A DNA stretch of 64,000 nucleotides, from the NCBI RefSeq assembly GCF_963921235.1, contig NC_086101.1, positions 3,908,001 to 3,972,000 of the forward strand, given 5' to 3'. The position numbers and the translations under genes were made by a program. The DNA comes from Mobula hypostoma (lineage: Eukaryota). Of the stretch, positions 11,870-24,802 are shown piece after piece (positions within the stretch are counted from its first letter, which is position 1; every line of letters begins with the position of its first letter). Under the pieces are notes generated by a model. It did no database searches, was not told where the DNA came from, and saw only the letters and a list, made by a program, of their open reading frames with translations.

Positions 11870-11969
11870 GTGAGACTGCAGCGCGCCTAGTGGACAATCG
11901 CGGTACTGCAGGCGTTCAGCAGCTCCCCGAAAGTGAAAGGATCCTGAACCAGGAAGTGCCGGAGTTAAC
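11870..11969 (+). promoter_or_regulatory. TRIM proximal promoter/5'UTR with ISRE (GAAAGTGAAA 11929-11938) and ETS motif (CAGGAAGTG 11950-11958)
   Basis: Matches GAAANNGAAA and GGAAGT consensus; both motifs retained in the paralogue upstream of 59098. Confidence 0.6.
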
Positions 11970-12380
11970 ATGGCTTCGATACGACAGGTCGAGAGTTTGA
12001 CCGAGGAGGTAATTTGTCCCATCTGCCTGGATTTCTTCACCGATCCGGTGTCACTGGAATGTGGGCACAACTTCTGTCGCTCCTGTATCACACGGTGTTG
12101 GGAAAAGGCGGAGAGAAACTCCTGCCCGGAATGTAGAGAGGAGTTTGCAGACCGCACCCTCAGGGTCAGTCGGGCCTTCGCAAATCTGTCTGACAAAGCT
12201 CGGAAACTAAACCTGAATCCGAAAGGGAAGGAAAGTAAACTTCACTGCGAGAAACATGAGGAAGAATTGAAGCTGTTTTGTGAGACGGACAAGAAACTGC
12301 TCTGTCTGGTCTGTAGAGACGCGCGGGAACACAGAGAGCACCGCTTCCTGACGATTGAAGAAGCTGTTGAAATCTATAAG
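11970..12380 (+). CDS. TRIM-B30.2 (RFP/TRIM27/TRIM39-like) E3 ligase, coding exon 1: RING + B-box
   Basis: ATG 11970; C3HC4 RING ([24 protein letters not shown]...CPEC) and B-box2 ([23 protein letters not shown]...HREH); ends AAG|GTAAAA; 411 nt, phase 0. Confidence 0.95.
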
Positions 12381-12520
12381 GTAAAAACAAATCGATTTTG
12401 ATCACCTGATGTATTTTTCATGACATATTTATTTTCTCACCCCTGGTGTTTATGACAATAAACTGGCCCGAATCGGCAATGCACCTTTATTGTCTAATTC
12501 CTTCACTCTCTGCCTCCCAG

Positions 12521-12616
12521 GACCGGGTGAAATCTGCCTTAGACTCTCTCACAGAAAAGAAATCCGAGCTCAAGGAAATGGAGCGGCAACAGAAAGAGAA
12601 GATTTCCGGAGTTCGG
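12521..12616 (+). CDS. TRIM exon 2 (coiled coil, 96 nt)
   Basis: Pyrimidine tract + CAG acceptor, DRVKSALDSL...KISGVR, GTGAGG donor; 96-nt exon typical of TRIM-B30.2 genes. Confidence 0.93.
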
Positions 12617-13006
12617 GTGAGGATTTCCTGAGCAGAATTTCCAATATTGTTGTGTAGTTTTGATCTTTTTAATGCCGAATAGAGTATCGCAGCTCCAGTG
12701 ACCTGGGTTCGATTCTGACCTCTGGTGCTGTTTGTGTGGAGTTTGCATGTTCCCCTTGAGATCACCGTGGGCCGGCATTACCAAGAAATCTAGGTTGAAT
12801 GTATCATTCGCTTCTGTAATTAAACCTGTGAAGGCGGTTGGACTGTGAATCAGGTGAGAGGTAATGGGTCAGTGAGGAAGAATCGGTTTCAGGGATTGAA
12901 TATCTGTGAATCAGCATAGAGTCAACAGGCTGAATGGTCTCCTTCCAGGTGATAGGGAAATACTTTACAGCCAAATAATAAACTAGCCTCTCCTTTCATT
13001 TGACAG

Positions 13007-13240
13007 GAACAGTCAAACGGCGTTCAGACCCACATCACATCCCAGTTCGCTGAACTGCGCCAGATTATCACCGAGAAAGAGCAGCGCACACTCCGAGATC
13101 TCAGGGAAGAAGAGGCGAGGATTCTAAATCCAATGGAGAAAAATCTTCGAGAGATTCAAGAGAATTTAAATTCCATCCAGGAGGAAATCTCAAAGTTACA
13201 GGAACAGATGGACCAACAAGAAAATATCACATTCCTCATG
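13007..13240 (+). CDS. TRIM exon 3 (coiled coil, 234 nt)
   Basis: tttgacag|GAACAGTCA; open frame EQSNGVQTHITSQFAELRQIITEKEQ...ITFLM; GTGAGA donor. Confidence 0.92.
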
Positions 13241-13689
13241 GTGAGAGATTTCAGTTTGGTTCTGTAAAAGTGCAGAGTCTCAAAATGATGTATTTTAACT
13301 CAATGTGGTGTTTACAGAAACTATCATTGTAAACAGATTTAAACCGGACAGGTGTTTTGACTGTTCAGTACTATTGTGTTCCCACAACATCTGTACGTCA
13401 CAGGACAGTCTGCAACCTTCTCGGGAATGAGTTACTCTGATCAGAGCACTGAGCTGGTGATCGTTTCTGTGATTTCCACGTATAATATTCCCTGAGATCA
13501 GAGTAACATCCAGTTACAGTCACAGGCTGTGAGTGTGTCTGGTGTGGTGGTTCCGTGGTCTCTCTGTCCACCAGTGGGAATTGAGATTGAATTGCACATA
13601 CTTTATACTCTATGGTCGCTAAACAATTGCTACTAGAATGTACAATCATCATAGCAATATTTGGTTCTGCGCTTCCTGCTCCCTGGATT

Positions 13690-14283
13690 ACAAATCAATA
13701 GGTAATATTAAAAATTTAATTTATAAATCATAAATAGAAAATAGAAAAATGGAAAGTAAGGTAGTGCAAAAAAAAAAAACAAGATACAGGTCCGGATATT
13801 TGGAGGGTACGGCCCAGATCCGGTTCAGGATCCGTTCAGCAGTCTTATCACAGCTGGAAAGAAGCTCTTCCCAAATCTGGCCATACAAGTCTTCAAGCTC
13901 CTGAGCCTTCTCCCGGTGGGAAGAGGGACGAAAAGTCTGTTGGCTGGGTGGGTCGTGTCCTTGATTATCCTAACAGCACTGCTCCGATAGCATGCGGTGT
14001 AAAGTGAGTCCAAGGACGGAAGATTGGTTTGTGTGATGTGCTTCGCTGTGTTCATGATCTTCTGCAGCTTCTTCTGGTCTTGGACGGGACAACTTCTATA
14101 CCAGGTTGTGATGCACCCTAGAAGAATGCTTTCTACGGTGCATCTATAAAAATTTGTGTGTGTTTTAGGGAACAGGCCAAATTTCTTCGGTTTTCTCAGG
14201 AGGTAGAGGCGCTGGAGGGCCTTCTTGACAGTGGTCTATGCTTGGTTGGACCAAGTCAGGTCATTTGTGATATTGACCCCGTG
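13690..14283 (-). mobile_element. Rex1/Babar-like LINE 3' fragment in TRIM intron 3
   Basis: LPSLDSLY...RIIKDTTHPANRLFVPLPTGRRLRSLKT...SFFPAVIRLLN. Confidence 0.8.
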
Positions 14284-14296
14284 GATTAAATATCGA

Positions 14297-15853
14297 CAGC
14301 GCCTATAAAAAGTATTCACCACCACCCCCTCCCCGAGCTTGGAAGTTTTCATGTTTTTCATGTTTTATTGTCTCAAAGTAAAAACAGATCTCTGTATTAG
14401 TCTAATTTAATTAGAATTATAAAACACAAAATAACTGATTGCATAAGAATTCACCCCCCCCCCCACCCGCCCAATGAAGTCAGTATTTAGTAGATGCATC
14501 TTTGTCGGTAATTACAGCCTTGATTCTGTGTGGATAGCTCCCTTTCAGCTTTAAACATCTGGACACTATAACTTTTCCCCATTCTTCTTCACAAAGATGC
14601 ACAAGATCAGTTAGAATGTATGGGGATCGTGAGTGAACAGCACTTTTCAAGTCCAGCCACAAATTCTCAAAGGGATTGCGGTCTGGACTCTCACTTGGCC
14701 ATTCCAGGACATTAACCTTGTTATTTTTAAGCCATTCCTGTGTAGATTTGGCTTTATGCTTGGGGTCATTGTCTGGAAAATAAATCTTTTCCCAAGTCGC
14801 ATTTCTCTTGCAGATTGCATCAGGTTTTCCTCCAGGATTTCCCTGTATTTTGCTACATTCATTTTGTCCTCTGCCATACAAGCCTTCCAGGGCCTGTTGC
14901 AGTGAAGCATCCCCGCAGCATTATGCAGCCGCCACCATGCTTCACGGTAGGGTGTGTTTTTGATTATGTGCGGTGTTTCTCTTGCACCTAAAATAGTGTT
15001 TGGTCTGATGGCCAAAAAGCTCCATTTTGGTTTCATCAGACCATAGAACCTTCTTCCAGCTGACTTCAGAGTCTCCCACATGCCTTCTGGAAACTCTTGC
15101 CAAGATTTCATGTTCATTTTTTTCAACAATGGCTTTCTCTTTGCCACTGTCCCATAAGACTATGACTGGTGAGCAATTGTTAACGTAGCCTCTCCCGTCT
15201 CAGCCATTGAGGCTTGTAACTCCTCCAGAGTTGTCATAGGTCTCTTGGTGGCCTCTCTGACTAGTCCCCGGCTTGCAGAGTAATTCAGTTTGACAGCCTG
15301 TTCCAGGCATATTTACAGCTGTGCCATATTGTTTCCATTTCGTGGTGATTGACTTAATTCAGTGACTTAGAAATTTTCTTGTGTCCATCTCCTGACTTGT
15401 GCTTTTCAATAACCTTTTGGCGGAGTTGCTTGGAGTATTCTTTAGACTTATTGGTATAGTTTTTGCCAGGATACTGATTCACCAGCAGTTGGACCTTCCA
15501 GATACAGGTGTATTTTTACTACAATCAATTGAAACATTTTGACTGCACACCGGTCTCAGGAAACAGATCTCCATTTAACTAATCAGGTGACTTCTAAAAC
15601 CAATTGGCTGCCCTAGTGATAATTTGGTGTGTCATATTTAAGGAGGTGAATTCTAATGCAATCAATTATGTTGTGTTTTATATTTGCAATTAATTTAGAT
15701 CACTTTGTAGAGATCTGATTTCACTTTGACAAGAAAGAATCTTATTCTTTTGATCAGTGTCAAACAAGCCAAATTAATTCCACTGTGATTCAATTTCTAA
15801 AACAATGAAAAATGAAAACTTCCAAGGAGGGTGAACACTTTTTACAGGCACTG
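14297..15853 (-). mobile_element. Tc1-family DNA transposon with frameshifted DD34E transposase and long TIRs
   Basis: Ends CAGCGCCTATAAAAAGTATTCACC / GGTGAACACTTTTTACAGGCACTG; AKRKPLL, DNDPKH...WPSESPDRNPFENLW; ORF pieces 14480-14881 and 14647-15147. Confidence 0.9.
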
Positions 15854-16034
15854 TTTATCAGCATGTAACAGGTTCATTGTTTTAGAGACCTTTCTTTTCC
15901 AGATATATTCTTCATCACATTATATCCCATTTTACATCATAGACAGGTCTTTCAACCCTTCTCCTCATATCAATTTCCCACTTCAGAAGCAACCTTCCAC
16001 CTATCACCACACCCAGCAACAGTGCCCAGAACTC

Positions 16035-19000
16035 CATAAGAACATAAGAATTAGGAGCAGGAGTAGGCCATCTGGACCATCGAGCCTGCTCCTCCATTCA
16101 ATAGGATCATGGCTAATCTGACCATGGACTTATCTCCACCTACCTGCCTTTTCCCCATAACCCTTAATTCCACAACTATGCAAAAAATTATCCAACCTTG
16201 TCTTAAATATATTTATTGAGGTGGCCTCTACTGTTTCATTGGGCAGAGAATTCCACAATCTCACCTCCCTCTGGGAAAAACAGTTCCTCCTCATCTCTGT
16301 CCTAAATTTACTCCCCTGAATCTTGAGGCAGTGCCCCCTAGTTCCAGTCTCACTTACCAGTGGAAACAACTTTCCTGCCTCTATCTCTTTCATGATTTTA
16401 TGTTTCTATAAGATCTCCTCTCATCCTTCTGAATTACAAAGATACAGTCCCAGGTGACTCAATCTCTCCTCATATCTAACCCCCTCATCTCTGGAATCAA
16501 CCTGCTGAACCTCCTCATCACCACCTCCAAAGCCAGTATATCCTTCCTCAAGTGAGGAGATCAGAACTGCAGACAGTACTCCAGATGTGGCCTCACCATT
16601 ACCCTGTACAGTTGCAGCATAACCTCCCTGCTCTGAAATTCAATCTCTCTAGCAATGAAGGCCAACATCCCATTTGTCTTCTTGACAGCCTGCTGCTCCT
16701 GCAAACCAATCTTCTTGCGACTCATGCACAAACACTCCCAAGTCCCTCTGCACAGCAGCATGCTAAAAACCTTTACTATTTTAATTATAAGCTGATATTC
16801 CACTTTTCCTTCCAAAGGAGATGACCTCACACTTACCAACATTGTACTCCATCTGCCAGGCCCTTGCCCATTCACTTAACCTATCTATATCTCTCTGCAG
16901 ACTCTCCGTAACCTCTGCTCAATTTACTGTCATCAGCAAAATTAAATACACTAATTCTGTCTTCCTGTTTGTGGGTGTATATGGTGAACAGCTGCAGGCC
17001 CAGTACTGATCCCTGCAGCACATCACTCACCACCGATTGCCAACCATGGAAACACCCATGTATCCCAACTCTCTGCTTTCTGTTGGTTAACTAATCCTCT
17101 AGCCATGTTAATACATCACCCCAACTCTATGCATTCTTATCTTATGGATAAGTCTTTTATGTGGCACCTTATCAAATGCCTTTTGGAAGTCTAAGTAAAT
17201 AACTTCTATCTGTTTTCTATCCACTGCGCTCATTATATCCTCAAAGAACTCCAGTAAGTTTGTCACACAGGAGCGGCCTTTGTTGAATCCATGCTGCTCT
17301 GTCTGGTAGATCCATTTCTTTCCAGATGCTTCGCCTTTTCCTTTTTATTGATAGCTTCAAGCATTTTCCCAGCTACAGACATTAAACTAACTGGCGTATA
17401 GTTGCCTGCCTTTTGCCTACATCCTTTGTTGAACAGTGGCGTGACTTTCGCCTTCTTCCAATCCTCCGAGACCTGCCCAGAATCTTGAGAGATTTAGTAA
17501 ATTATTGCCGAAGCCTTTGCCATTTCTTTCAGTATCCTGGGATGTATTCCAGGACCTACCGATCTTTAGGCTCACATGTTTGCTCAGCGCTACCTCTTTA
17601 GTGATCGCTATTGTGTTGAGGTCCTCACCTCTTATAGCAGTCATATATTTTCTCTTTGGCATGTTAGATGTGTCCTCCACCCCAAAGACCGAAACAAAAT
17701 AGCCATTCAAAGCCTCGGCCATTTCCTCATTACGGAATATCAATTCCCCTTTCTCGTCCTACAAGGGACCTACGTTCACCTTGGCCACCCTTTTCCGCTT
17801 TGTAAAATTATAAAATCTTTTACTATCCATTTTTATATTTTGTGCTAGTTTATTTTCATAAGCTATCTTACCTTTCTTTATCGTTCACTTTGTGGTTCTT
17901 TGTTACTTTTTAAAGTTTTCCCAATTTTCCAGTTTCCCACTACTCTTGGCGACTTTGTAGGCACGAGCTTTCAGTTTGATGCCTTCCTTTAGTTCCTTAG
18001 TTATTGATGACTCTCCCCACCCTTACTGTCCTTGTTTTTAACTGGAATATACTTTTGTTGAGCACCATGAAAAATCTCTTTGAAATTCTTCCACTGTTCC
18101 TGAACCGTCCTACCATATAGCCTGTGTTCCCAGTCTACCACATCCAGCTCTTCCCTCATCCCTTTGTAGTCTCCCTTGTTTAGGCATAATACACTGGTTT
18201 TAGATCAAATCATTGTACTCTCCATTTGTATGAGAAACCCAGTCATACCATGATCACTCTTTCCAAGAGAATCCTTAACTACAAGATCCCTAATATTTCC
18301 TGTCTCATTGCACAAGACCCGATCTAAGTTACCACATTCCCTTACAGGTTCAGTGGCATGCCATTCAAGAAAGTTATCACATATGATTCTATGAAGCCCT
18401 CCTCAAGAATGCCTCCACCAACTTGATTCACCCAGTTAAAGTACCCCACGATAACTGCTCATGCCTCAGATATTTCTCTGTTTATTGCCTGTGCCACTGT
18501 AATGTTATTATTCAGTGGCTAATAGACAACTCCCAGCAGTGATTTTTCTCCCTTTACTATTCCTAATCACTACATTCTGCTCCTTAGATCTAATATCGTC
18601 TTTCACTATCACCTGGATATCATCCTTCATTAAGAGTGTTACTGCACCTCCTTTAGCTTCCTGCCTATCCTTCCGTATCACCTGATATCCTTGGATATTT
18701 AATTCCCAAACCTCTCCACCATGCAACCATGTTTCTGTAATGGCCACTAAATCAAACCCCTTTATACTGACTGGGGCCACAACTTGACTGACCTTGTTAT
18801 GAATACTACGGGCATTCAGGTAAAGTGCCCTTACAATCCAGTGATCTTTGTGTCTTTTGCACTTGTCTTTTCCGCAGTCCACCCTTGCTTTTCTCTTTTG
18901 TCACTTCTGTTTTTCCTATATCTCTATCCATGCTTTTCTCTTTTACTTTATCCAGACGTCTCCAATCTGTTGATCCCACCCCCCATCTATTTAGTTTAGA

Positions 19001-20130
19001 GTCCTATCCACAGCCCTCATTATGCCATTCACCAGGATTCGGGTCCCATCACGGTTCAGATGGAGCCCGTCCCATTAGATCAGCTCCCTCTTCCCCAATA
19101 CTTGTGCAGTTTCCTATGAATTCAAACACACTTCTCCCACTCCAATCGTGGTGTCACACATTGAACTCTCTGAACCTTCTTAACCCTGAGCCAATTTGCA
19201 CGTGGCTTAGGTAGTAATCCAGAGAAGACCGCCTTTTTGTTTCTGCTTTTTAATTCAGTCCCTTGCTGCTCAAATTCCCTCAGTAGAACCTCTTTCCTCA
19301 TTTTTCCAATGTTGTTGGTATCCAGACGGACCATGACAACTGGATCTTTCCCTTCCCAATGCAAACTCCTCTGCAGGTCGGATACGATATCCTGAACCCG
19401 GGCACCAGGGAGACAACACAGCCTTCGGGACACTCTATCCCTGCGACAGAGAGCTCTGTCTATTCCCCTGACTATACCATCCCCAATTACCACTACATTT
19501 CTCTTCTCTCCCCCCACCCCCTTGATTGTCTCCCTGAATCACGGTGCCACAGTTAGGTTGCTCATCCTTCCTACAGCCTCCACTCTCATCTACACAGGGA
19601 GCAAGAATCTCAGACCTGAGACCCAAGAGCTGAGGCTCCTCCAGTTCTCTCTTGGACCCCACGACCCACCTCACCCACAGTCAGACCCTCTTGTCCCTGA
19701 CCACAGACCGAAATTGAGGCAGCTAATCTAATGGGTGTGCCCACCTCCCGAAACAGAGAATCCAGGTAACTCTCCCCCTCTCTGATGTGCCTCAGTGTTT
19801 GAAGCTCAGATTCCAGGTCAGCAGCTTTGAGCCTGAGTTCCTGGAGCACCAACGCTTGCTGCAGATGTGGTCACCAGGAACCACAATGGGGCCCACCAGC
19901 TCTCACACCATGCAGCTACAGCACACCATCTGGTCCTGCATCATCCCTACTTGAGTTAATTAGTTGTAGTCTGGTGACTTTTTATTCAACCACTACAAAA
20001 GCTTTACCCAATACTCAACTGTGCTTCCTCACAGAAGCTTCTCGAGTCAAAATCGGTAAACTATACCACGAAGGAACGGTAAGTCCCACCTTGTTAGTCT
20101 GACAACACTTCATCACTATTCTAATTATTG
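16035..20130 (-). mobile_element. Older near full-length CR1 LINE (different subfamily) in TRIM intron 3
   Basis: ORF1 esterase remnants 19122-19852, EN (LYLNARS) 18508-18882, RT remnants, (TTCTTATG)-type tail near 16036-16050; many disruptions. Confidence 0.88.
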
Positions 20131-20837
20131 GTTTGCTTTCTCTCTTTTCAAAACACGCTAAGTGCCTCTATTATCACGGCCGCTAGCAAACGGCTTATGC
20201 AAAGACGAAAAAAATGGCCTCTCAAAACAAGGGATAGGCTATAAAAAATCCTTTGTGGCCACTGTAAGGTGACCAAACACAAATTATAGAAGCAGTCATG
20301 TCCGTAATTTAAAATGTAACAAAAGAACGCTACAGGCCAAACCAACCAAATCTCTTTCTCTCACACACACTTACTCACTCTCACTCTCCTGAACAACACG
20401 CAGAGTTGGACTGGAGTCTGTATGTGTTTATCCAGCTTCCCCATCACATTCAATCTCTGCTGTTCCACTTCAACCACTCCTGTGGCAGTGAGTTCCACAT
20501 TCCCTTCACTACATTTCAAGCAGAGATACGTTCTGTACCCACACCCAATCCAATCTACCACTAGTCTTAAATTTCGGCATCTGATCCTCCCCGACATCAT
20601 ATCCCAATAAAAATGGACAGCCTATCCAGTCTTTCCCATCAGTTCCATCCTCACAGTTATGGGATAATTATCAGAAACATTCCTTGTACTTTCTCCTGGG
20701 TTCTGTGTCCCTTGTTGCAGTATCCCCTTTCTCCGTGTGTAAGCTGAGAAGTGAGACATTTCAATAACTTGGCTCAAATTCCTGCTGTCAGAATGCACAC
20801 AGTCAGACAATTGAGATCTACTTTTTATTTATTTCAG

Positions 20838-20860
20838 GAGGAAGCTCGTCGGAAGAGGAG
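20838..20860 (+). CDS. TRIM exon 4 (23-nt micro-exon)
   Basis: atttcag|GAGGAAGCTCGTCGGAAGAGGAG|gtagga (EEARRKR); 23-nt exon characteristic of the family; phases fit the flanking exons. Confidence 0.88.
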
Positions 20861-20956
20861 GTAGGACATGGTTTTTACTGAAATACTGTATGGATTTGTA
20901 AAATAGTTCAAATATCACTGATGCTCAGTTTATAACCAGCTGTGTAATATTTACAG

Positions 20957-21075
20957 GACTAGTGATGATGAACAGGTGCTGTCAGTGACACAGGGCGCCC
21001 TACCTGTCGAAAAATTCGATCAGCCCTTTTTGTTGAACACAACGTTGAGAGAAATGTCTGATACAATTAAGCGAG
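20957..21075 (+). CDS. TRIM exon 5 (linker, 119 nt)
   Basis: ttacag|G ACT AGT...TSDDEQVLSVTQGALPVEKFDQPFLLNTTLREMSDTIKR G|gtaaac; phase 2 to phase 1. Confidence 0.87.
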
Positions 21076-22579
21076 GTAAACATTTACAGTTTCCTTTCTC
21101 AATGTTTGTGAACAATTTTAAGCAATACTTACTCGCAAAGACTGTCTGTAACTCTGGGTGAAGGCATCACTGTCACATGGTCAGCTGGAGATGTCCGACC
21201 CCTGAACACACCAGCACTGGGGCACACGACACCCAATACACGGGACTGTGAGATTATCCACTGAATCCTGAACCAATTCACACTGTACAAACATGCCGAG
21301 ACATCACCAGGTAATAAAAGCTGGTATCTGTCCTGTGAATGGGATTGTCATGAAAATACGTACGAGTCCTTCAGAGAAGGAAATCTGCTTCACTCAGCCT
21401 GTCTGACCTGTCCGTGACTGCAGACTCTGACTGACTCAGGTCTGCCCCCTGCTGGACTCGCGAGTCTCACTGTTATCAACCCCCACATTGAAGCATTGTC
21501 AGACTGAGCCCGGACACACCTCCCAGCATTGACCTCGGTCAAGATTTCATCTCGGGAGAAGCTCACACATCATTCCCAGCCTGGCAAAGTTCCCTCACAT
21601 ACATACACAGAAGAATCGGCAGATCATTCCCCCTCCCCACCTCCATCTGCCTTCTCCCTCACCTGGACTCACCTCTCACCCGACAACTTTTGCTCATCCC
21701 CTTCTCCTATTTCTTATTCTGCATCTTATTCTTATTCTCCATTACGTTGCCTTCTTTTCCTGTCCGGGTGAAGGGTCTCAGCCTGAAGTGTCAACTTGTT
21801 CATTTCCCTCTGTCAACCGTGCATGACTCAAGTTTCTCTGGCATTTTGTGTGTGTGACCGGCAAGAGTCCGGTTGTGAATGAACCCAGTGACTGAGACTC
21901 CAGAGCCACCAGGATAGAGAGTTCCAAAGATTCACACCCCTCTGCGAGAAGAAAGTTCTCCTCTTCTCAATGCGAATTGACATTTCCCTTATTCAGAGTC
22001 TGTGAGCTCTGGTTCCAGACTCATCGGCCAAGGGAAACATCCTCCCTGCATCCAGCCTGTCGAGCCTTGTTAGAAGTTTATAACTTTCCATGGAATTCAT
22101 CAACACAGCCAGGCTCCAGGGAGAGATTCCTCAGGAAGATGCTCTGGGAATGGGTTTCGCCGATGTTTATTCACAGGGATTTCAACACACATTTGTGGCC
22201 AGTAAGCGGTGAATATTCAATGGTTGTTCACTGAGGCTCCAGTTACAGCTTTAGTTAACTTTATTTCTCCTCTCCCCACAAATCTGACTGCACTGAGATT
22301 TGATCATTTCAGAAGCCGGCACCTCCCTACATTGAATTCCCAGTGTTTCTGCGGTTGTCAGATCCTCGTTCCCTCCCCTCGGGTGGCTCTTTTATCGAGT
22401 TGAGAAACAGGACATTCAGTGAAAAGCTGCAATACCAAAGGCAGCAACACCCCCACTCCTCTGTCGATATCTCATTCGAGCCATTGAGATAGAAACAGGG
22501 AATCGGGCCCTTCGGTCCATCTTGTCCACACTATAATTGTAAATAATAAGGATAAATAACATTATAAATAATAAAAAAT

Positions 22580-23400
22580 TTTTCAGTGATCCTGTAGTGA
22601 TCTAGATAAACACTTCCACTGTTCAGTATATGACCAATTTTGTTGTCATCTACAAACTTACAAACCATGCCATCTATATTTTCTTCCAAATTGTTAGTAC
22701 CGATGAATAGTGGACCCTGAACAGATCCCCATGTACACCACTGGCCACAGTGCTCCAGTCTGGACAGCAGCTCTCCACCACCACCCTCTGTCTCCTGCTA
22801 CCAGGCAATTTTACATCCAATTGGATGGCTCACCCTGGATCCCAAGTGATCAAACCTTTTCTTCAAGCCTTTCTCATGGAAGCTTGTCAAAGATCCTGCT
22901 GAAGTTTATGTGGACAATGTCTATCGCCCTATTCTCAGCAGTCCTTTCTGTCATCTCAGCAAAAAAAAAGTTCAGTTTATGAGTCACTAATTCCCAGGCA
23001 TAAAACGGAGTTGACTATCCTGAGTCAGTCCCTGCCTTTCCAAATGCTGGTAAATCTGTCTCTCAGTCTCCATTCCAGTAATTGTCCCACCACTGATGTT
23101 AGACTCAGTGGCCTGGAGTTCCCCGACTTGACCTTTCAGTCCTTCTTAACTCAAGACAACACCTGAGCCACCCTCCTGACTTCCAGCAACTCACCTGTGG
23201 TGAAATGTGAAGCAAATATATCCGCCAGGGCCCTGAGTTCCTTCCCTAGTCTTAAGGTACTCAGACAGAGTAGATCATGGTCTGGGGCTCATTCACCTCT
23301 GATACTTAAAATACCTTCACTTTTGCACTGTGGTATGTTCCAAGACGCTACTGTTCATGTTCCTTAATTCCTTAGTTTCCATGCCCTCTGCCTGTGAAAT
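22580..23400 (-). mobile_element. Degraded CR1 RT fragment
   Basis: Reverse strand shows decayed DIVHINFS, WIxNWL and FVDDxK-like motifs. Confidence 0.6.
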
Positions 23401-23609
23401 ACTGATTTAAAACCTCCCCCATCTCCTTTATCAATGACCACAGTGATCCTTAGGGTGACCAGTTCGAGTCAGGTTGTCATTCATTTGGCCCAAATGTCCA
23501 TGCTGTCTGTGTTGCCCAGTGAGCTGGTGCCATCTGCTCACGTTTGATCCATAGCCCTATAAAACTCTTCAATCCATGTACTATCTACTGTAGATTCTTT
23601 CAAATGTTG

Positions 23610-24670
23610 CCTGCAGAAGGCAGAGGGTGGTGGTGGAGGGAGTACATTCAGATTGGAAGATTGTGACCAGTGGTGCCCCACAAGGATCTGTTCTGGGACC
23701 TCTACTTTTCGTGATTTTTATTAACGACCTGGATGTGGGGGTAGGAGGGTGGGTTGGCAAAGTTGCAGATGACACAAAGGTTGGTGGTGTTGTAGACAGT
23801 GCAGAGGATTGTCAAAGATTGCAGAGAGACATTGATAGGATGCAGAAGTGGGCTGAGAAGTGGCAGATGGAGTTCAACCCAGAGAAGTGTGAGGTGGTAC
23901 ACTTTGGAAGGACAAACTCCAAGGCAGAGTACAAAGTAAATGGCAGGATACTTGGTAGTGTGGAGGAGCAGAGGGATCTCGGGGTACATGTCCACAGATC
24001 CCTGAAAGTTGCCTCACAGGTGGATAGGGTAGTTAAGAAAGCTTCTGGGGTGTTAGCTTTCATAAGTCGAGGGATAGAGTTTAAGAGTCGCAATGTAATG
24101 ATGCAGCTCTATAAAACTCTGGTTAGGCCACACTTGGAGTATTGTGTCCAGTTCTGGTCAGCTCACTATAGGAAGGATGTGGAAGCATTGGAAAGGGTAC
24201 AGAGGAGATTTACCAGGATGCTGCCTGGTTTAGAAAGTATGCATTATGATCAGAGATTAAGGGAGCTAGGGCTTTACTCTTTGGAGAGAAGGAGGATGAG
24301 AGGAGACATGATAGAGGTATACAAGATAATAAGAGGAAAAGATAGAGTGAATAGCCAGCGCCTCTTCCCCAGGGCACCACTGCTCAATACAAGGGGGCAT
24401 AGTTTTAAGGTAAGGGGTGGGAAGTTCAAGGGGGATATTAGAGGAAGGTTTTTTACTCAGAGAGTGGTTGGTGCGTGGAATGCACTGCCTGAGTCAGTGG
24501 TGGAGGCAGATACACTAGTGAAGTTTAAGAGACTACCAGACAGGTATATGGAGGAATCTAAGGTGGGGGCTTATAAGGGAAGCAGGGTTTCAGGGTTGGC
24601 AGAACATTGTGGGCCGAAGGGCCTGTACTGTGCTGTACTATTCTATGTTCTATGTTCGATGTTCTATTTC
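23610..24670 (+). mobile_element. 5'-truncated young CR1, same subfamily as 2905-7131, in TRIM intron 5
   Basis: 348-aa open RT C-terminal ORF nearly identical to the other copies; TTCTATG tail. Confidence 0.93.
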
Positions 24671-24802
24671 TAGCAGGGTATTCCAAATAGGCACCACCCT
24701 TTGTGTGAAGAAAATATTTCTGATGTCCCTTTTAAATCCATCGGCTCTGATCTTAAACCTTTGCACTCTTGTTCCTCACACACCCTCTCTGGGGAAAATC
24801 CC

